Positions 9,956-20,248 of a stretch of DNA of 64,000 bases are shown piece by piece; the first letter of the stretch is position 1, and every line of letters starts with the position of its first letter. Source of the stretch: a candidate division WWE3 bacterium. GTDB taxonomy: Bacteria; Patescibacteriota; WWE3; UBA101185; UBA10185. The notes beneath the pieces are model-generated. The model made no database searches and was not told the DNA's origin. It saw only the letters and a list, made by a program, of their open reading frames with translations. The DNA is taken from assembly GCA_052035175.1 (NCBI GenBank), contig JBPOHV010000001.1, forward strand, positions 703,771-767,770, read 5' to 3'. Both the position numbers and the translations under genes were made by a program.

Positions 9956-11026
9956 CTATACATTAAATCTGAACTCTACTACATCTCCGTCTTGCATAAT
10001 GTAGGTTTTTCCCTCTGTTCTAACCACGCCGGCGTCTCTAGCAGCTTTCCAGGTTTTATAGAATATGAAATCTTTATACGCCAAAACGTTTGCACATATG
10101 AATCCACGCTGGAAATCTGTATGTATTTTACCTGCCGCATCATAAGCTGTATCCCCAATATTAATAGTCCATGCCCGAGTTTCTTGCTCACCTGCAGTCA
10201 AAAATACCTGTAAACCCAACAAAGAAAAGCCTTGTTTTATTACTTTATCTAACCCGGTGTACTCTTGCCCCATATCGCTAAGATAGTTGTGTCTTTCTTG
10301 ATCAGAGAATTCTATAAGCTCTTCTTCTAATTTTGCGCTTATAACAACATATGCGTCGCTTGGTAATAAAAAGTCTGGTGCATAATCTAATTTGATTTCA
10401 TCAACATTTAACACATATAAGACTGGTTTTGCAGTTAAAAGGTCAATATCTTTTATTCTTTCTTTTTCTTCATGTGTTAAAGAAACACTACTTGCTAACT
10501 CGCCAGTTTCTAAAGCGGCATATAACTGTTTCAAAACAGCTAGTTTAGCAGGAATCTCTTTATCTGGAGTTCTGAGTAATTTTTCTAATCGTTGTATATG
10601 TTTTAATAGTACATCTAAATCGGCTAATATGAGTTCTGTATTAATAGTTTGTATATCGTCTTTTGGTGAGACTGCACCAGCACGTATTACATTCTCATCA
10701 TTAAAGGCACGTACTACATGCAAAATAGCATCTACTTTACGTATATGATCTAAAAACTTGTTACCCAAGCCTTCTCCTTCATGCGCACCTTTAACCAAAC
10801 CTGCGATATCGTAAAAAGTTATAAGCGCAGGAACAATCTTTTTAGTCTTTACTAAATCACCCAAAACTTGAAGACGGCTGTCTGGTACGTCAACTACACC
10901 TACATTTGGCTCTATAGTGGCAAACGGATAATTCGCTGCCAAAGCCTCGTGTTTTTTTATAAGCGCATTAAATAAAGTTGATTTACCGACATTGGGTAAG
11001 CCTACTATTCCTACAGATAAACTCAT
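9956..11026 (-). CDS. ychF: Ribosome-binding ATPase YchF
   Basis: GIVGLPNVGKSTLFNAL P-loop and a C-terminal TGS domain. Confidence 0.9.
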   Translation of the reverse strand: MSLSVGIVGLPNVGKSTLFNALIKKHEALAANYPFATIEPNVGVVDVPDSRLQVLGDLVKTKKIVPALITFYDIAGLVKGAHEGEGLGNKFLDHIRKVDAILHVVRAFNDENVIRAGAVSPKDDIQTINTELILADLDVLLKHIQRLEKLLRTPDKEIPAKLAVLKQLYAALETGELASSVSLTHEEKERIKDIDLLTAKPVLYVLNVDEIKLDYAPDFLLPSDAYVVISAKLEEELIEFSDQERHNYLSDMGQEYTGLDKVIKQGFSLLGLQVFLTAGEQETRAWTINIGDTAYDAAGKIHTDFQRGFICANVLAYKDFIFYKTWKAARDAGVVRTEGKTYIMQDGDVVEFRFNV

Positions 11027-11052
11027 GCTGAGAGTATACCAGAAGTAAAAAA

Positions 11053-11094
11053 AGGACTGTCCTTTAAGAGGTCAGTCCTCTATGAGGACTGATC
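11053..11094. repeat. REP-like palindromic element (GAGGTCAGTCCTC tat GAGGACTGATC)
   Basis: Inverted repeat in the ychF divergent intergenic region. Same core as the elements at 21175, 23514, 28578 and 29239. Confidence 0.6.
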
Positions 11095-11116
11095 TTGTAT
11101 ATGTATAATTTCTTTA

Positions 11117-13063
11117 ATGCCAAAGAAATGTATTTTGTTTTTATTTTTGTTTGTTTTATCTGTACGACTATCACCTATTGGATTTGCAGAAACAGACATC
11201 ACCCCTCCAACAACAACAAAAGCTGTCACCCCAGTATCTCCAGACGGTAATAACGGATGGTATAAACAACCAGTAACTGTGCAACTTACAGCTACAGATT
11301 TGGGAAGTGGTGTTAAAGAAATAAATTACAAAGTGAATACTGGCAGCTGGCAAAAAGCGTCGTTTCCAAATTCTCTAAATTTAATACCAAATCCTTCTTT
11401 TGAAACTACAGATAATCTTTCAGACACGCTGATTCAAGATTGGGACATAACAACACCAGGACAACCGCAAACAAGCTATACACAAGACACCACAGTATAT
11501 CTACCAGAATACAACACTTCCTCAGCCAAAATTGAATCACAAGATTTGGGATGGCATGGTATTAACCATGCAACAACGTTTGCACCGGCACAGTCATATT
11601 CAAATATGAGCGCATCTGTGTGGATAAAAACTAGTAATCTAAACGAAACAGCATACTTCAAGATATATGCAATATATCTTGATCAAAATAATGTACAACA
11701 AACAGCACTAATAACACAAAGCCAAACTCTAACTGCCACTCACGATTGGACTTATTTGAGTACAAGCTTTATTGTCAATGTCGACAATGCATTAGGTGTA
11801 TATATGGATGTAGGGTTTGACGGTACTGGTACTACATGGGTAGATGCTGCCTCTATTACCCAATCTGTCACATCAGCCCAAACATCTGTAACACTACCAA
11901 CTGATGGAACTTACCAAGTCGAATACTTTAGCGTAGATCAAGCAGGAAATATAGGCGTTAAACCGTGCGTATACCCAAATTGCCCAAAGATTAAGATAGA
12001 TCAAACAAAACCCGGCGATTGGCAAAACGCTGGTGCCTTTAGAGGTTTAACTGGACCGGCACATTATTTGTGGGTATACACAAATGTTAATGACACTACC
12101 TCAGGATTATCTACATTCACAGATAAGTATCAATACAAAACCGACCAAAATACTACATTTGGAAGCTATAACGATTTGAGTTCATGCAATGGTACCTGGC
12201 AAACAGATATGTGGAGAAACTTATTCTCAATCCCCTTTTTTCCAGGTGCAACTAGTGGCTACCTTCTTACACAGAGAACCAATTTTTGTAACAATAATTG
12301 GAGCTCTTGCAAATACGTAAAATTTTATGCCGAAGATATGGCAGGAAATTCTGCTACTAAAGACTATTGCATAAACGGTCCCTGGGTCAAAGTGCAAGGC
12401 GGAGGCATCTCTCGTGCAAATGCAGGAATAAACATGATTGCCGAAGCTACCACTCGAAACACAGACGGACTTATAGAGTCGGGTAATATAGACATAAACT
12501 TTTTTGACAGTTCTAAAAGATACGAAGTCAAAAACTCACCTACACCAACATCAACTAAGTACGACGAGTTATACGCGATAACAACCAATAAGACTACAAT
12601 AACCTCATCACTTCCAGCGTCTTCAGGTGTATATGAAATTAATGGCAACTTTACATTAAAACAATCTAACTTGGGACAAAATTATGAAACACAAAAAATA
12701 AACCAAATAGTATTTATAACAGGTGATTTAACCATAGAAAAAGATATGGATATAAATAACGAAAGTTCAATATTATTTATAGTGAAAGGAAATATCCTAA
12801 TAGCTAAAAACATAAATAATATTGAGCTCGGGCTAATTTCCGACAACAATGTCCAAACAGCATATAACGCAAACGATGAAAATACGCAACCTCTCAATAT
12901 AACTGGGTTGTTAGTAGCGAATACAATTAGTTTCCAAAGGACACTGCAAGGTACAAACAATACCGAAGAACCTTCTGAAATAATAACGTATCAACCTAGC
13001 CTCTTAATAAATCTGACTGGATATTTCAAAAATAACAATGTGATTTGGAGAACAACACAATAA
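11117..13063 (+). CDS. Secreted protein with OmpL47/chitobiase-type Ig-like domains and a CBM4/9-like carbohydrate-binding module
   Basis: Signal peptide. A PDGNNGWYKQPVTVQLTATDLGSGVKEINY motif occurs twice, and NLIPNPSFETTDN looks like a CBM start. Confidence 0.45.
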   Translation: MPKKCILFLFLFVLSVRLSPIGFAETDITPPTTTKAVTPVSPDGNNGWYKQPVTVQLTATDLGSGVKEINYKVNTGSWQKASFPNSLNLIPNPSFETTDNLSDTLIQDWDITTPGQPQTSYTQDTTVYLPEYNTSSAKIESQDLGWHGINHATTFAPAQSYSNMSASVWIKTSNLNETAYFKIYAIYLDQNNVQQTALITQSQTLTATHDWTYLSTSFIVNVDNALGVYMDVGFDGTGTTWVDAASITQSVTSAQTSVTLPTDGTYQVEYFSVDQAGNIGVKPCVYPNCPKIKIDQTKPGDWQNAGAFRGLTGPAHYLWVYTNVNDTTSGLSTFTDKYQYKTDQNTTFGSYNDLSSCNGTWQTDMWRNLFSIPFFPGATSGYLLTQRTNFCNNNWSSCKYVKFYAEDMAGNSATKDYCINGPWVKVQGGGISRANAGINMIAEATTRNTDGLIESGNIDINFFDSSKRYEVKNSPTPTSTKYDELYAITTNKTTITSSLPASSGVYEINGNFTLKQSNLGQNYETQKINQIVFITGDLTIEKDMDINNESSILFIVKGNILIAKNINNIELGLISDNNVQTAYNANDENTQPLNITGLLVANTISFQRTLQGTNNTEEPSEIITYQPSLLINLTGYFKNNNVIWRTTQ

Positions 13064-13068
13064 TCAAG

Positions 13069-14460
13069 CTAACTGCGTCTCTTTATTCTAAATCTGCCAT
13101 CATCCAAATCTTCTACAGTATAACCAAGGTCCAAAATTTGTCTGCGAATCAAGTCGGCTTTATCAAAAATACCTGACTTTCGATACTCGTTACGCGTTTT
13201 CACCAAATCCAAAATGGTTTTTGGTACATCAAAGCCAATATAATTGACCAACTTTAAGCCCAATACCTCATCAATTTTTAAGATAGTTGCAACTTTGTCT
13301 TCTTCGGCAATATCACTTTTTATAATTTCCCAAACAACGGCTAATGCTTTGGGCATATTTAAATTGTCGTAAATAGCGTCTTCAAACTGAGAAATAAAGT
13401 TTTTATTCACATGCGCGTCTGGATTTTCTTTATACCCTGACAACACATCACATAATTTTTTGTATGCATTTTGAGCAGCCTGCAATGACGCCCATGAAAA
13501 GTTTATCGGGCCATCATATATTGCTGTCATATAAAAATATCTAAGGCTCAACGGATCGAATCCTCTATCTTCAATATCAGAAATCGTATAAGCATTATTC
13601 AAACTCTTGCCCATACGGCCACCATCTACTTGTAAAAATGCACCATGCACCCAATAGTTACAAAATGTCTCTCCTGTAGCGCATTCTGCCTGTGCAATTT
13701 CATTTTGATGGTGTAACTTGAGGTCCTCGCCACCAACATGTATATCAATATGATTTCCAAGTTCTGCCATAATCATTGCTGAACACTCAATATGCCATCC
13801 AGGAAACCCTACGCCCCATGGAGATTCCCACTCTTGCCAACGCTTTTCATTAGTAGGAGATAATTTCCATAAAGCAAAATCCATCGGGTGCTTTTTCTCT
13901 GGGTTTGGTTCTATACGCGCACCTTCAGAAAATGAAGCGTCTGATAAGCCCGTTAGTGCCCCATATTTTTGAAATTTCTGAGTATCAAAGTAAATACCGT
14001 CGGTAATTCTATATGTAAAACCAGTACGCTCCAGTGTACGAACCAAAGCTATTTGTTCTTGTATATAATCTGTAGCTTTGGTGAATTTACGAGGTTTAAG
14101 ATAATTTAACTTTTCATAATCAGAAAAAAACGATTTAATATAAAAATCTGCGATTTCTCGAGCGCTTTTACCTTCTTTAGAAGCAGCTTTTTCCAACCTA
14201 TCTTCGCCTTCGCTCGCATTACCTTTGTTATCACCCGTTAAATGACCAACGTCTGTTAAATTCATTATAAAATCAACACTATTGCCTTGGAATAATAATG
14301 TGCGATGTATAAGGTCACTCAAAAAGAACGTACGATAGTTCCCAATTGAAGGATAGTCATAAACTGTTGGGCCGCATGTATACATTTTGACCTCACCGGT
14401 TTTCATAGGCGAAAATACTTCTATTTTTTTGGTTAAAGAGTTGTGTATCTTAAAACTCAT
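13069..14460 (-). CDS. cysS: Cysteine--tRNA ligase
   Basis: YTCGPTVYDYPSIGN (HIGH region) and RMGKSLNN (KMSKS). Confidence 0.9.
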   Translation of the reverse strand: MSFKIHNSLTKKIEVFSPMKTGEVKMYTCGPTVYDYPSIGNYRTFFLSDLIHRTLLFQGNSVDFIMNLTDVGHLTGDNKGNASEGEDRLEKAASKEGKSAREIADFYIKSFFSDYEKLNYLKPRKFTKATDYIQEQIALVRTLERTGFTYRITDGIYFDTQKFQKYGALTGLSDASFSEGARIEPNPEKKHPMDFALWKLSPTNEKRWQEWESPWGVGFPGWHIECSAMIMAELGNHIDIHVGGEDLKLHHQNEIAQAECATGETFCNYWVHGAFLQVDGGRMGKSLNNAYTISDIEDRGFDPLSLRYFYMTAIYDGPINFSWASLQAAQNAYKKLCDVLSGYKENPDAHVNKNFISQFEDAIYDNLNMPKALAVVWEIIKSDIAEEDKVATILKIDEVLGLKLVNYIGFDVPKTILDLVKTRNEYRKSGIFDKADLIRRQILDLGYTVEDLDDGRFRIKRRS

Positions 14461-14522
14461 ATTGCAAAGATTGTATCAGATCGTGTCAAAAGTGTATTTG
14501 AAAAATGCTTATATAGAGTGTT

Positions 14523-15149
14523 TTAGAAATTTGATCTACCCTCTAGTGCTCTTGATAAGGTTATGTTATCAGCATACTCTATATCACCACCTACTGGAAT
14601 TCCTCGTGCTATACGGGTAATGCGAAGTCTAGTACCGTTTGTATCCAATTGCCTTAATAATCTTGATATATAAATAGCAGTCGATTCTCCTTCCATATTA
14701 GTTCCATTAGAAAGTATGATTTCGATAACTGTAGTTTCATCAGCAACCAAAAGACTCTCAACTCGTGCTATCAACTCATTTACAAAAATATCTTCGGGTC
14801 CAACGTTATTTAGAGGGTCGATTACACCGTGTAATACATGGTATCGGCCGTCATAACTAGTTTTCCCATATGCCAAAACGTCTAAAGGAGTAGTTACAAC
14901 TAGAATAGAGTGCTTGTTTCTAGCCGAATCGTCGCATATTGAACACAAATTATTCTCAGAGATATTTTTACATTCCTGGCATAAAGAAATACTTTTTTTA
15001 AGATCAACTAACGCCGAAGCAAAGTTTTCTATTTCGTAATCTGGAAAGTGCAACAAATGAAAAACTAGTCTTTGAGCGGTTTTGGGACCAATTCCTGGTA
15101 ATCTTTCAAAAGCTTCTGATAATCTTGAGATTGCACGAGGTATTTTCAT
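14523..15149 (-). CDS. recR: Recombination protein RecR
   Basis: RLPGIGPKTAQRL HhH, a C4 zinc finger and a Toprim domain. Confidence 0.9.
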   Translation of the reverse strand: MKIPRAISRLSEAFERLPGIGPKTAQRLVFHLLHFPDYEIENFASALVDLKKSISLCQECKNISENNLCSICDDSARNKHSILVVTTPLDVLAYGKTSYDGRYHVLHGVIDPLNNVGPEDIFVNELIARVESLLVADETTVIEIILSNGTNMEGESTAIYISRLLRQLDTNGTRLRITRIARGIPVGGDIEYADNITLSRALEGRSNF

Positions 15150-15158
15150 ATACAGCCA

Positions 15159-16802
15159 TTATAAAGGTAATCCACCATCTAACATGTTTATAAGTTGTGA
15201 ACTATCTAGTTTTTCGCTTTGTACACCTGGCATAACAATATTTAAATCTGTTAAATTACCTACCTCCCTACTATCTGACTTCTTCCGAATATCTTGGTTT
15301 ACTATGCATGAAATACGCAATTTATTACCGTATATTTGAGAAAGAACTTCTTCTACAACAAGTCTATTGCGCACTACTTCTAGTCTTTCTTTGTGAAATG
15401 GGTAAGCCACTTCCAAATTTAGTATAGATTGATTTATAGAAATTGGCGTAGCATTTTTTATCAAAGTACATATAGATACATTTATACCAAATAAATTCTC
15501 GACAACTGTGGGCCAAAACTCTTTTATAGTCTCCAAACTTATTGTTTGTGCTATTTCTGCTGCCAAGTCTTGGTCTGATTTGGTCTGAGTAATCTCTGTT
15601 TCAGCTTGGCTTGCACCTGTCTCATCATTTGGCATTTGCTTCTCTATCTGAGGTTCACTATCTATAGAAATAGGACTAGCCTTCTTTTGTTGTGGTGCAG
15701 ACGGCGGTGCTTTTGGAGTAAAAGTAGCATTTAGAGTTTGTATATTGTTACCTCGGGAACAAACCTCACACAAAGCAATCTCTAAAGAAATCTGAGGAAT
15801 GTAGCTGTCTTTAATACCTGCTTGTGCAGATGAAAACAATTGCAAATAGAGTCCCAACATCTCTACTGTCAGATCAGTACTCACTGTTTTAAACGTATCT
15901 AAATCAAAACCATTAGAAATCAAATAGTCATGTGCGCCTGATTTATAAAACAAGAGATTACGAAGATAGTTTAAAAAGCCACCTGTCCAATAAAACAAAT
16001 CTGTACCAGATTTAGCAACATCACTAATATAAATCAAAGCGTTAGATAAGTCTTTTTCGATTAAAAAGTTTACAAAAACATCATAATCACTGTATTTTGA
16101 AGCTTCTATCAAAGAATCTGCATCTACACCACCCTCTATTACTTGTTGTAACAAAGTCTCTGCGTCTCTAAAACCACCAGCCGCACTGCGAGCTATCTTG
16201 ATCAAGTCAGACTTAGATACTTTTGCTTTTTCTTGTTGAGCTATAGAACCCAATTTGGTTACCAACTGATCCATGCTAGCAGACTTAAATTTGAAAACCT
16301 GGCAACGAGATTTTATAGTATCAGGAACTTTGTGCAATTCCGTTGTGCATAAAATAAAATGCACATGAGCAGGAGGTTCTTCTAACGTCTTGAGCAAAGC
16401 ATTAAATGCCTCTGTTGTTAACATGTGGACCTCATCTATAATGTATATTTTATTTGTACCTGTAGATGGAGCTAGATTAGCTTTCTCGCGCATACTTCTA
16501 ATATCGTCAATGCCTCTATGACTGGCAGCATCTATTTCTATAAGATCAATGTACGAACCATCGTTTATAGAGACACAAGCTGAACATGCATTACAAGGAT
16601 CTCCATTGGCTTGTAGATCTGTGCAATTGAGCGCTTTTGATAATAACCTTGCCGTGGTAGTTTTACCCACGCCACGAGGACCTACAAATAAATATGCGTG
16701 TGCAACTTTATGATCTAGTAACTGTTTTACCAACGCATCAGCTATTTGATTTGGTTTAGAAATTTCGCTAAAAGTTTGTGGTCTGTATTTGGTATAAAAC
16801 AT
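15159..16802 (-). CDS. dnaX: DNA polymerase III subunit gamma/tau
   Basis: FVGPRGVGKTTTARLLSKALNC, a zinc module and clamp-loader AAA+ motifs. Confidence 0.85.
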   Translation of the reverse strand: MFYTKYRPQTFSEISKPNQIADALVKQLLDHKVAHAYLFVGPRGVGKTTTARLLSKALNCTDLQANGDPCNACSACVSINDGSYIDLIEIDAASHRGIDDIRSMREKANLAPSTGTNKIYIIDEVHMLTTEAFNALLKTLEEPPAHVHFILCTTELHKVPDTIKSRCQVFKFKSASMDQLVTKLGSIAQQEKAKVSKSDLIKIARSAAGGFRDAETLLQQVIEGGVDADSLIEASKYSDYDVFVNFLIEKDLSNALIYISDVAKSGTDLFYWTGGFLNYLRNLLFYKSGAHDYLISNGFDLDTFKTVSTDLTVEMLGLYLQLFSSAQAGIKDSYIPQISLEIALCEVCSRGNNIQTLNATFTPKAPPSAPQQKKASPISIDSEPQIEKQMPNDETGASQAETEITQTKSDQDLAAEIAQTISLETIKEFWPTVVENLFGINVSICTLIKNATPISINQSILNLEVAYPFHKERLEVVRNRLVVEEVLSQIYGNKLRISCIVNQDIRKKSDSREVGNLTDLNIVMPGVQSEKLDSSQLINMLDGGLPL

Positions 16803-16831
16803 CTATCTTAGGATATGAGAAACCAGACGAC

Positions 16832-17347
16832 TTATCCACCAATAATTGTTTGAAGTTCGATGCTTTTTATCGTATGGGTCAGGGTATTAAGCTCATCTGC
16901 AGTAAATTTTTGTAAAACCCAATCTTCTACAGCAAACGAATTTGTTAACGGCCTCCCTATGCCATACCTAAGCCTCCAAAAACCGTTTGTCCCCAAACTA
17001 GTTATGATATCTTCTACCCCATGATGCCCACCACTATTTTTTGCAAAATGTTTTTTATAAACACAAAAAGGTAAATCAACATCGTCATGAAAAACTATAA
17101 GATCTTCATGTTTTATGTGATAAAAGCTTAATGCCTTAGAAACCGAAGGTCCAACGTTATTCATAAATGAATTTGATTTGAAAAATACAAAATTATCATA
17201 AACAGCGACCGAACCGCCTATTTTAGTATTTTGAGAAAAGTTTACACGCGCGTCAGAAATTAGTTTATCGACTATCATATAGCCCACATTATGGCGTGTT
17301 TGAGTATATTTTGATCCAGGATTACCCAGACCTACAAGTAATTTCAT
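16832..17347 (-). CDS. pth: Peptidyl-tRNA hydrolase
   Basis: LLVGLGNPGSKYTQTRHNVGYM. Confidence 0.85.
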   Translation of the reverse strand: MKLLVGLGNPGSKYTQTRHNVGYMIVDKLISDARVNFSQNTKIGGSVAVYDNFVFFKSNSFMNNVGPSVSKALSFYHIKHEDLIVFHDDVDLPFCVYKKHFAKNSGGHHGVEDIITSLGTNGFWRLRYGIGRPLTNSFAVEDWVLQKFTADELNTLTHTIKSIELQTIIGG

Positions 17348-17349
17348 AA

Positions 17350-17805
17350 CTAGCTTTTACCTACTGATATACCATGAACACTATGTTCGTCGTCATCATC
17401 ATGATGAACTCCTAATAAATGGAGTACACCATGACCTACCAAATCGGAAAGTTCTTCTTGAAGAGTATTATTATAGTCAGGAGCTTGTCTAACGGCTTGA
17501 TCAACATTTACAACAATATCCCCCAAATAAAAAGTGTCATTGTCGACTATTTGATCAACGCTAAAAGATAAAACATCGGTAGGATAATCTCTTTGCAAAT
17601 ATTTACCATTGAGGCTTTTTATATCCTTGTCGTGAACTAGAGATACATTAACAATTATATTGCGATTCTTGGCTAATATATCACTATAAGAATTTTTATC
17701 ATTAATAGCTAAAATATCAGCTTTAGGTGGATTGGCAGTTTTACTTGTCTTTTTCAAACTCAATCTTCCTTTCAAGGTCTTTTTTGGCTTGTCTTTTGAT
17801 CTCAC
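17350..17805 (-). CDS. ybeY: Endoribonuclease YbeY (rRNA maturation factor)
   Basis: HGVLHLLGVHH metal-binding motif and DYPTDVLSF. The ORF-track start is a GTG at 17805 that overlaps the rpsU 3' end; the true start is probably downstream of 17741. Confidence 0.75.
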   Translation of the reverse strand: MRSKDKPKKTLKGRLSLKKTSKTANPPKADILAINDKNSYSDILAKNRNIIVNVSLVHDKDIKSLNGKYLQRDYPTDVLSFSVDQIVDNDTFYLGDIVVNVDQAVRQAPDYNNTLQEELSDLVGHGVLHLLGVHHDDDDEHSVHGISVGKS

Positions 17806-17929
17806 TTTTCTTTGTAAATCGGCTTTTAGTTCTGAATTCCTTCAAAATACCCGATTTAATAACCATCCTATTAAACCTTCTCAAGGCCTGTTCAAATGTT
17901 TCATTTTTTCTAATCTTAATCTTTGGCAT
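17741..17929 (-). CDS. rpsU: 30S ribosomal protein S21
   Basis: MPKIKIRKNETFEQALRRFNRMVIKSGILKEFRTK... The start is the internal ATG of the longer ORF. Confidence 0.8.
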   Translation of the reverse strand: MPKIKIRKNETFEQALRRFNRMVIKSGILKEFRTKSRFTKKSEIKRQAKKDLERKIEFEKDK

Positions 17930-18102
17930 TATAAATAACCAACCGCTATCATATACGATAGCAGTTTGATAAGCACCCCCATCCAAAAAAACAACTTTTA
18001 TGCAACAGCGAAGATTGTATCAAAAACCACACGATTTATCTACGCTTAATGGAATGAGTATATAATTTGATTGATAAATTTTCAATTAGAAGTTTATAAG
18101 TT

Positions 18103-19245
18103 CTAGAAAATGTTGAGTATATCCTTTACTGACACCAAAACCAGCAAAGTCAGTAGTAGCAACATACCCACTTTATGTATAGCAATCTCGTATTTTGGAT
18201 TAATCCTACGACGAATAATAAGCTCTAAAAGTACGAAAAATACACGTCCGCCATCCAAAGCTGGGAACGGTAAAACATTCATAACTGCTAAACTCAAAGA
18301 CATAAGCGCAGTATAATCGAGAATGCTTAGCACCGCTCTTGTACCTGTAGTATTTTCGAGTATCGATTTTATTATCGAATAAATACCAACTGGTCCAGCA
18401 ACACTAGATGAAACCGGCTCTGTACTATGGGTCTCGAATGATTGTTTAACAACATTAGAAATCGCAAATAAAGAATAAGCAGACATATTATAAGCATGCA
18501 AAGGGCCAGATAAAATTCTTTCTAGAGTAGAATCGTAAGACACATGAGTCGCAGAAGTCAGTAAAACACCCAAGATTGGCTTGCCAGTCTCGTCAAACTT
18601 TGGAGATAAAGTAATCGTTCTCTCAGGAGAATCAGATATTATATCTTGCACAACTATATTTACAGGTTGATTTGCCTTATCAGCTAATAAAGCTCTGATC
18701 TCATCTACATTTGATACAGCTACACCATCTACAGATAAAACTGCTTCCCCAACCTTTATACCTGCAGCCGCTGCTGCTGTATCTGGTTTTATATCAGCCA
18801 CTACTGTTGTGATATTGTGCTGTGTTCCAAATCTGAACTGATAATCAAACAACAAAGGTATTCTAAAAGAAGCAAATGAATGGAAAGCAAATAAAACATA
18901 ATATAGTAAAAACGCTAAAAGCATATTCATTACTACACCAGCCAAAAGTATCTGTAGCTTTTGAAATGGGGTTTTTGAAATAAAGTTTTTTGGATCATGC
19001 TCGGCAACTGTTAATTTATCTGCATATTCTTGCGTATCTTCACCCCGCATAGAAACAAATCCACCAAAGGGTAATAAATTGATTGAGTATAATGTACCTT
19101 TAAACCGCTTACCAAAAAGGCGTGGCGGTAAACCAAATCCAAATTCCTCTACTTCTACCCCATTCCATTTAGCCAATGCGAAATGTCCCAGCTCATGTAC
19201 CAAAACTAGTACAGATAAAATAATAAAGAAAATTAAAATTGCCAT
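18103..19245 (-). CDS. rseP: RIP zinc metalloprotease RseP (site-2 protease, M50)
   Basis: HELGHF HExxH, PDZ domain and LPFPALDGG. Confidence 0.8.
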   Translation of the reverse strand: MAILIFFIILSVLVLVHELGHFALAKWNGVEVEEFGFGLPPRLFGKRFKGTLYSINLLPFGGFVSMRGEDTQEYADKLTVAEHDPKNFISKTPFQKLQILLAGVVMNMLLAFLLYYVLFAFHSFASFRIPLLFDYQFRFGTQHNITTVVADIKPDTAAAAAGIKVGEAVLSVDGVAVSNVDEIRALLADKANQPVNIVVQDIISDSPERTITLSPKFDETGKPILGVLLTSATHVSYDSTLERILSGPLHAYNMSAYSLFAISNVVKQSFETHSTEPVSSSVAGPVGIYSIIKSILENTTGTRAVLSILDYTALMSLSLAVMNVLPFPALDGGRVFFVLLELIIRRRINPKYEIAIHKVGMLLLLTLLVLVSVKDILNIF

Positions 19246-19247
19246 AA

Positions 19248-19796
19248 CTAAATTGTCATCAAATCTTTCTTTTTTGCTTCCAAAAGGTCATCAATCTTAT
19301 TTGCAAATTCTTTGACTGTGTCTTCAACTTCTTCTTTTAAAGTAAATTTTTCGTCTTCACCAAGTTTCTTGTCTGTAAAATCTTTATCAATCTCTTTCAT
19401 AGCATCTTGCCTAATACCTCGAATTGTTTGCTTTGTATCTTCGGCTTTTTTGGCTGCCAGTTTAGTCAACTCAACACGGCGCTCTTCTGTCAAAGCAGGA
19501 ATAGGCACTCTTACAACATTGCCGTCATCCGTAGGATTCAAATTTAAATCAGACTCGCGTATCGCTTTTACGATTGATTGAACTAGCCCTTTATCCCATG
19601 GAGAAATAACCAAATTCTGAGAATCTAAAACAGTAATAGATCCCAATTCTTTCATAGTCATCATGGCACCATATGCACTAACAGATAAATTTTCTAAAAT
19701 GGAAGTGTTTGCCCTACCGGCGCGAATAGATACTAGTTCTGATTGTAGGAATTCTAATGCTTTATTGAGACGAGACTTTAATTCTGTTTGAGTCAT
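19248..19796 (-). CDS. frr: Ribosome recycling factor
   Basis: Full-length RRF similarity. Confidence 0.9.
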   Translation of the reverse strand: MTQTELKSRLNKALEFLQSELVSIRAGRANTSILENLSVSAYGAMMTMKELGSITVLDSQNLVISPWDKGLVQSIVKAIRESDLNLNPTDDGNVVRVPIPALTEERRVELTKLAAKKAEDTKQTIRGIRQDAMKEIDKDFTDKKLGEDEKFTLKEEVEDTVKEFANKIDDLLEAKKKDLMTI

Positions 19797-20248
19797 TAAC
19801 GTACAGTATACTTAATGAATTTCTTTATCTCAACCTTTTCTCCGACTTTAGCTACAAGTTCATTCTGCAAGTCGCTTACTTTTTTGGATGGATCTCGTAA
19901 ATATTCATCATCCAACAATGCTTCTACTGTTTCGTAATCACCTACGCATACTTGCATTGCGACTTCTGATACGAATTTTTTGAAATCTTCTGTTTTTGCT
20001 ACAAAATCTGTTTCACATCCAACGTGTACCAAAGTTCCAACTTTACCACCCAAGTGTATGTATGAACCAACCAAACCATCGCCTGCAGTTCTATCCATTT
20101 TTTTGGCTGCTTTGCCCAACGCGGTTTTCATCAAAGCTTCTTTTGCTTTATCATAGTCTCCGCCGTTATCTTCCAAAAATTTCTTGGCTTCTACAATACC
20201 GGCACCAGTTTCATCACGCAATTTTTTTATTAAATCGATATTAATCAT
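19796..20248 (-). CDS. tsf: Elongation factor Ts (short 150-aa form)
   Basis: N-terminal LRDETGAGIVEAKKFL UBA-like motif. Confidence 0.8.
   Translation of the reverse strand: MINIDLIKKLRDETGAGIVEAKKFLEDNGGDYDKAKEALMKTALGKAAKKMDRTAGDGLVGSYIHLGGKVGTLVHVGCETDFVAKTEDFKKFVSEVAMQVCVGDYETVEALLDDEYLRDPSKKVSDLQNELVAKVGEKVEIKKFIKYTVR

Noticed and set aside
9979-10748. Small ORFs on both strands inside ychF
   Set aside because: They are embedded in a confidently identified gene.
15159-16802. Programmed -1 frameshift site (A AAA AAG) in dnaX
   Set aside because: No slippery heptamer with a downstream structure was found in frame.
17727-17969. Plus-strand ORFs 17727-17969 and 17732-17938
   Set aside because: They are antisense to rpsU/ybeY and hydrophobic nonsense.
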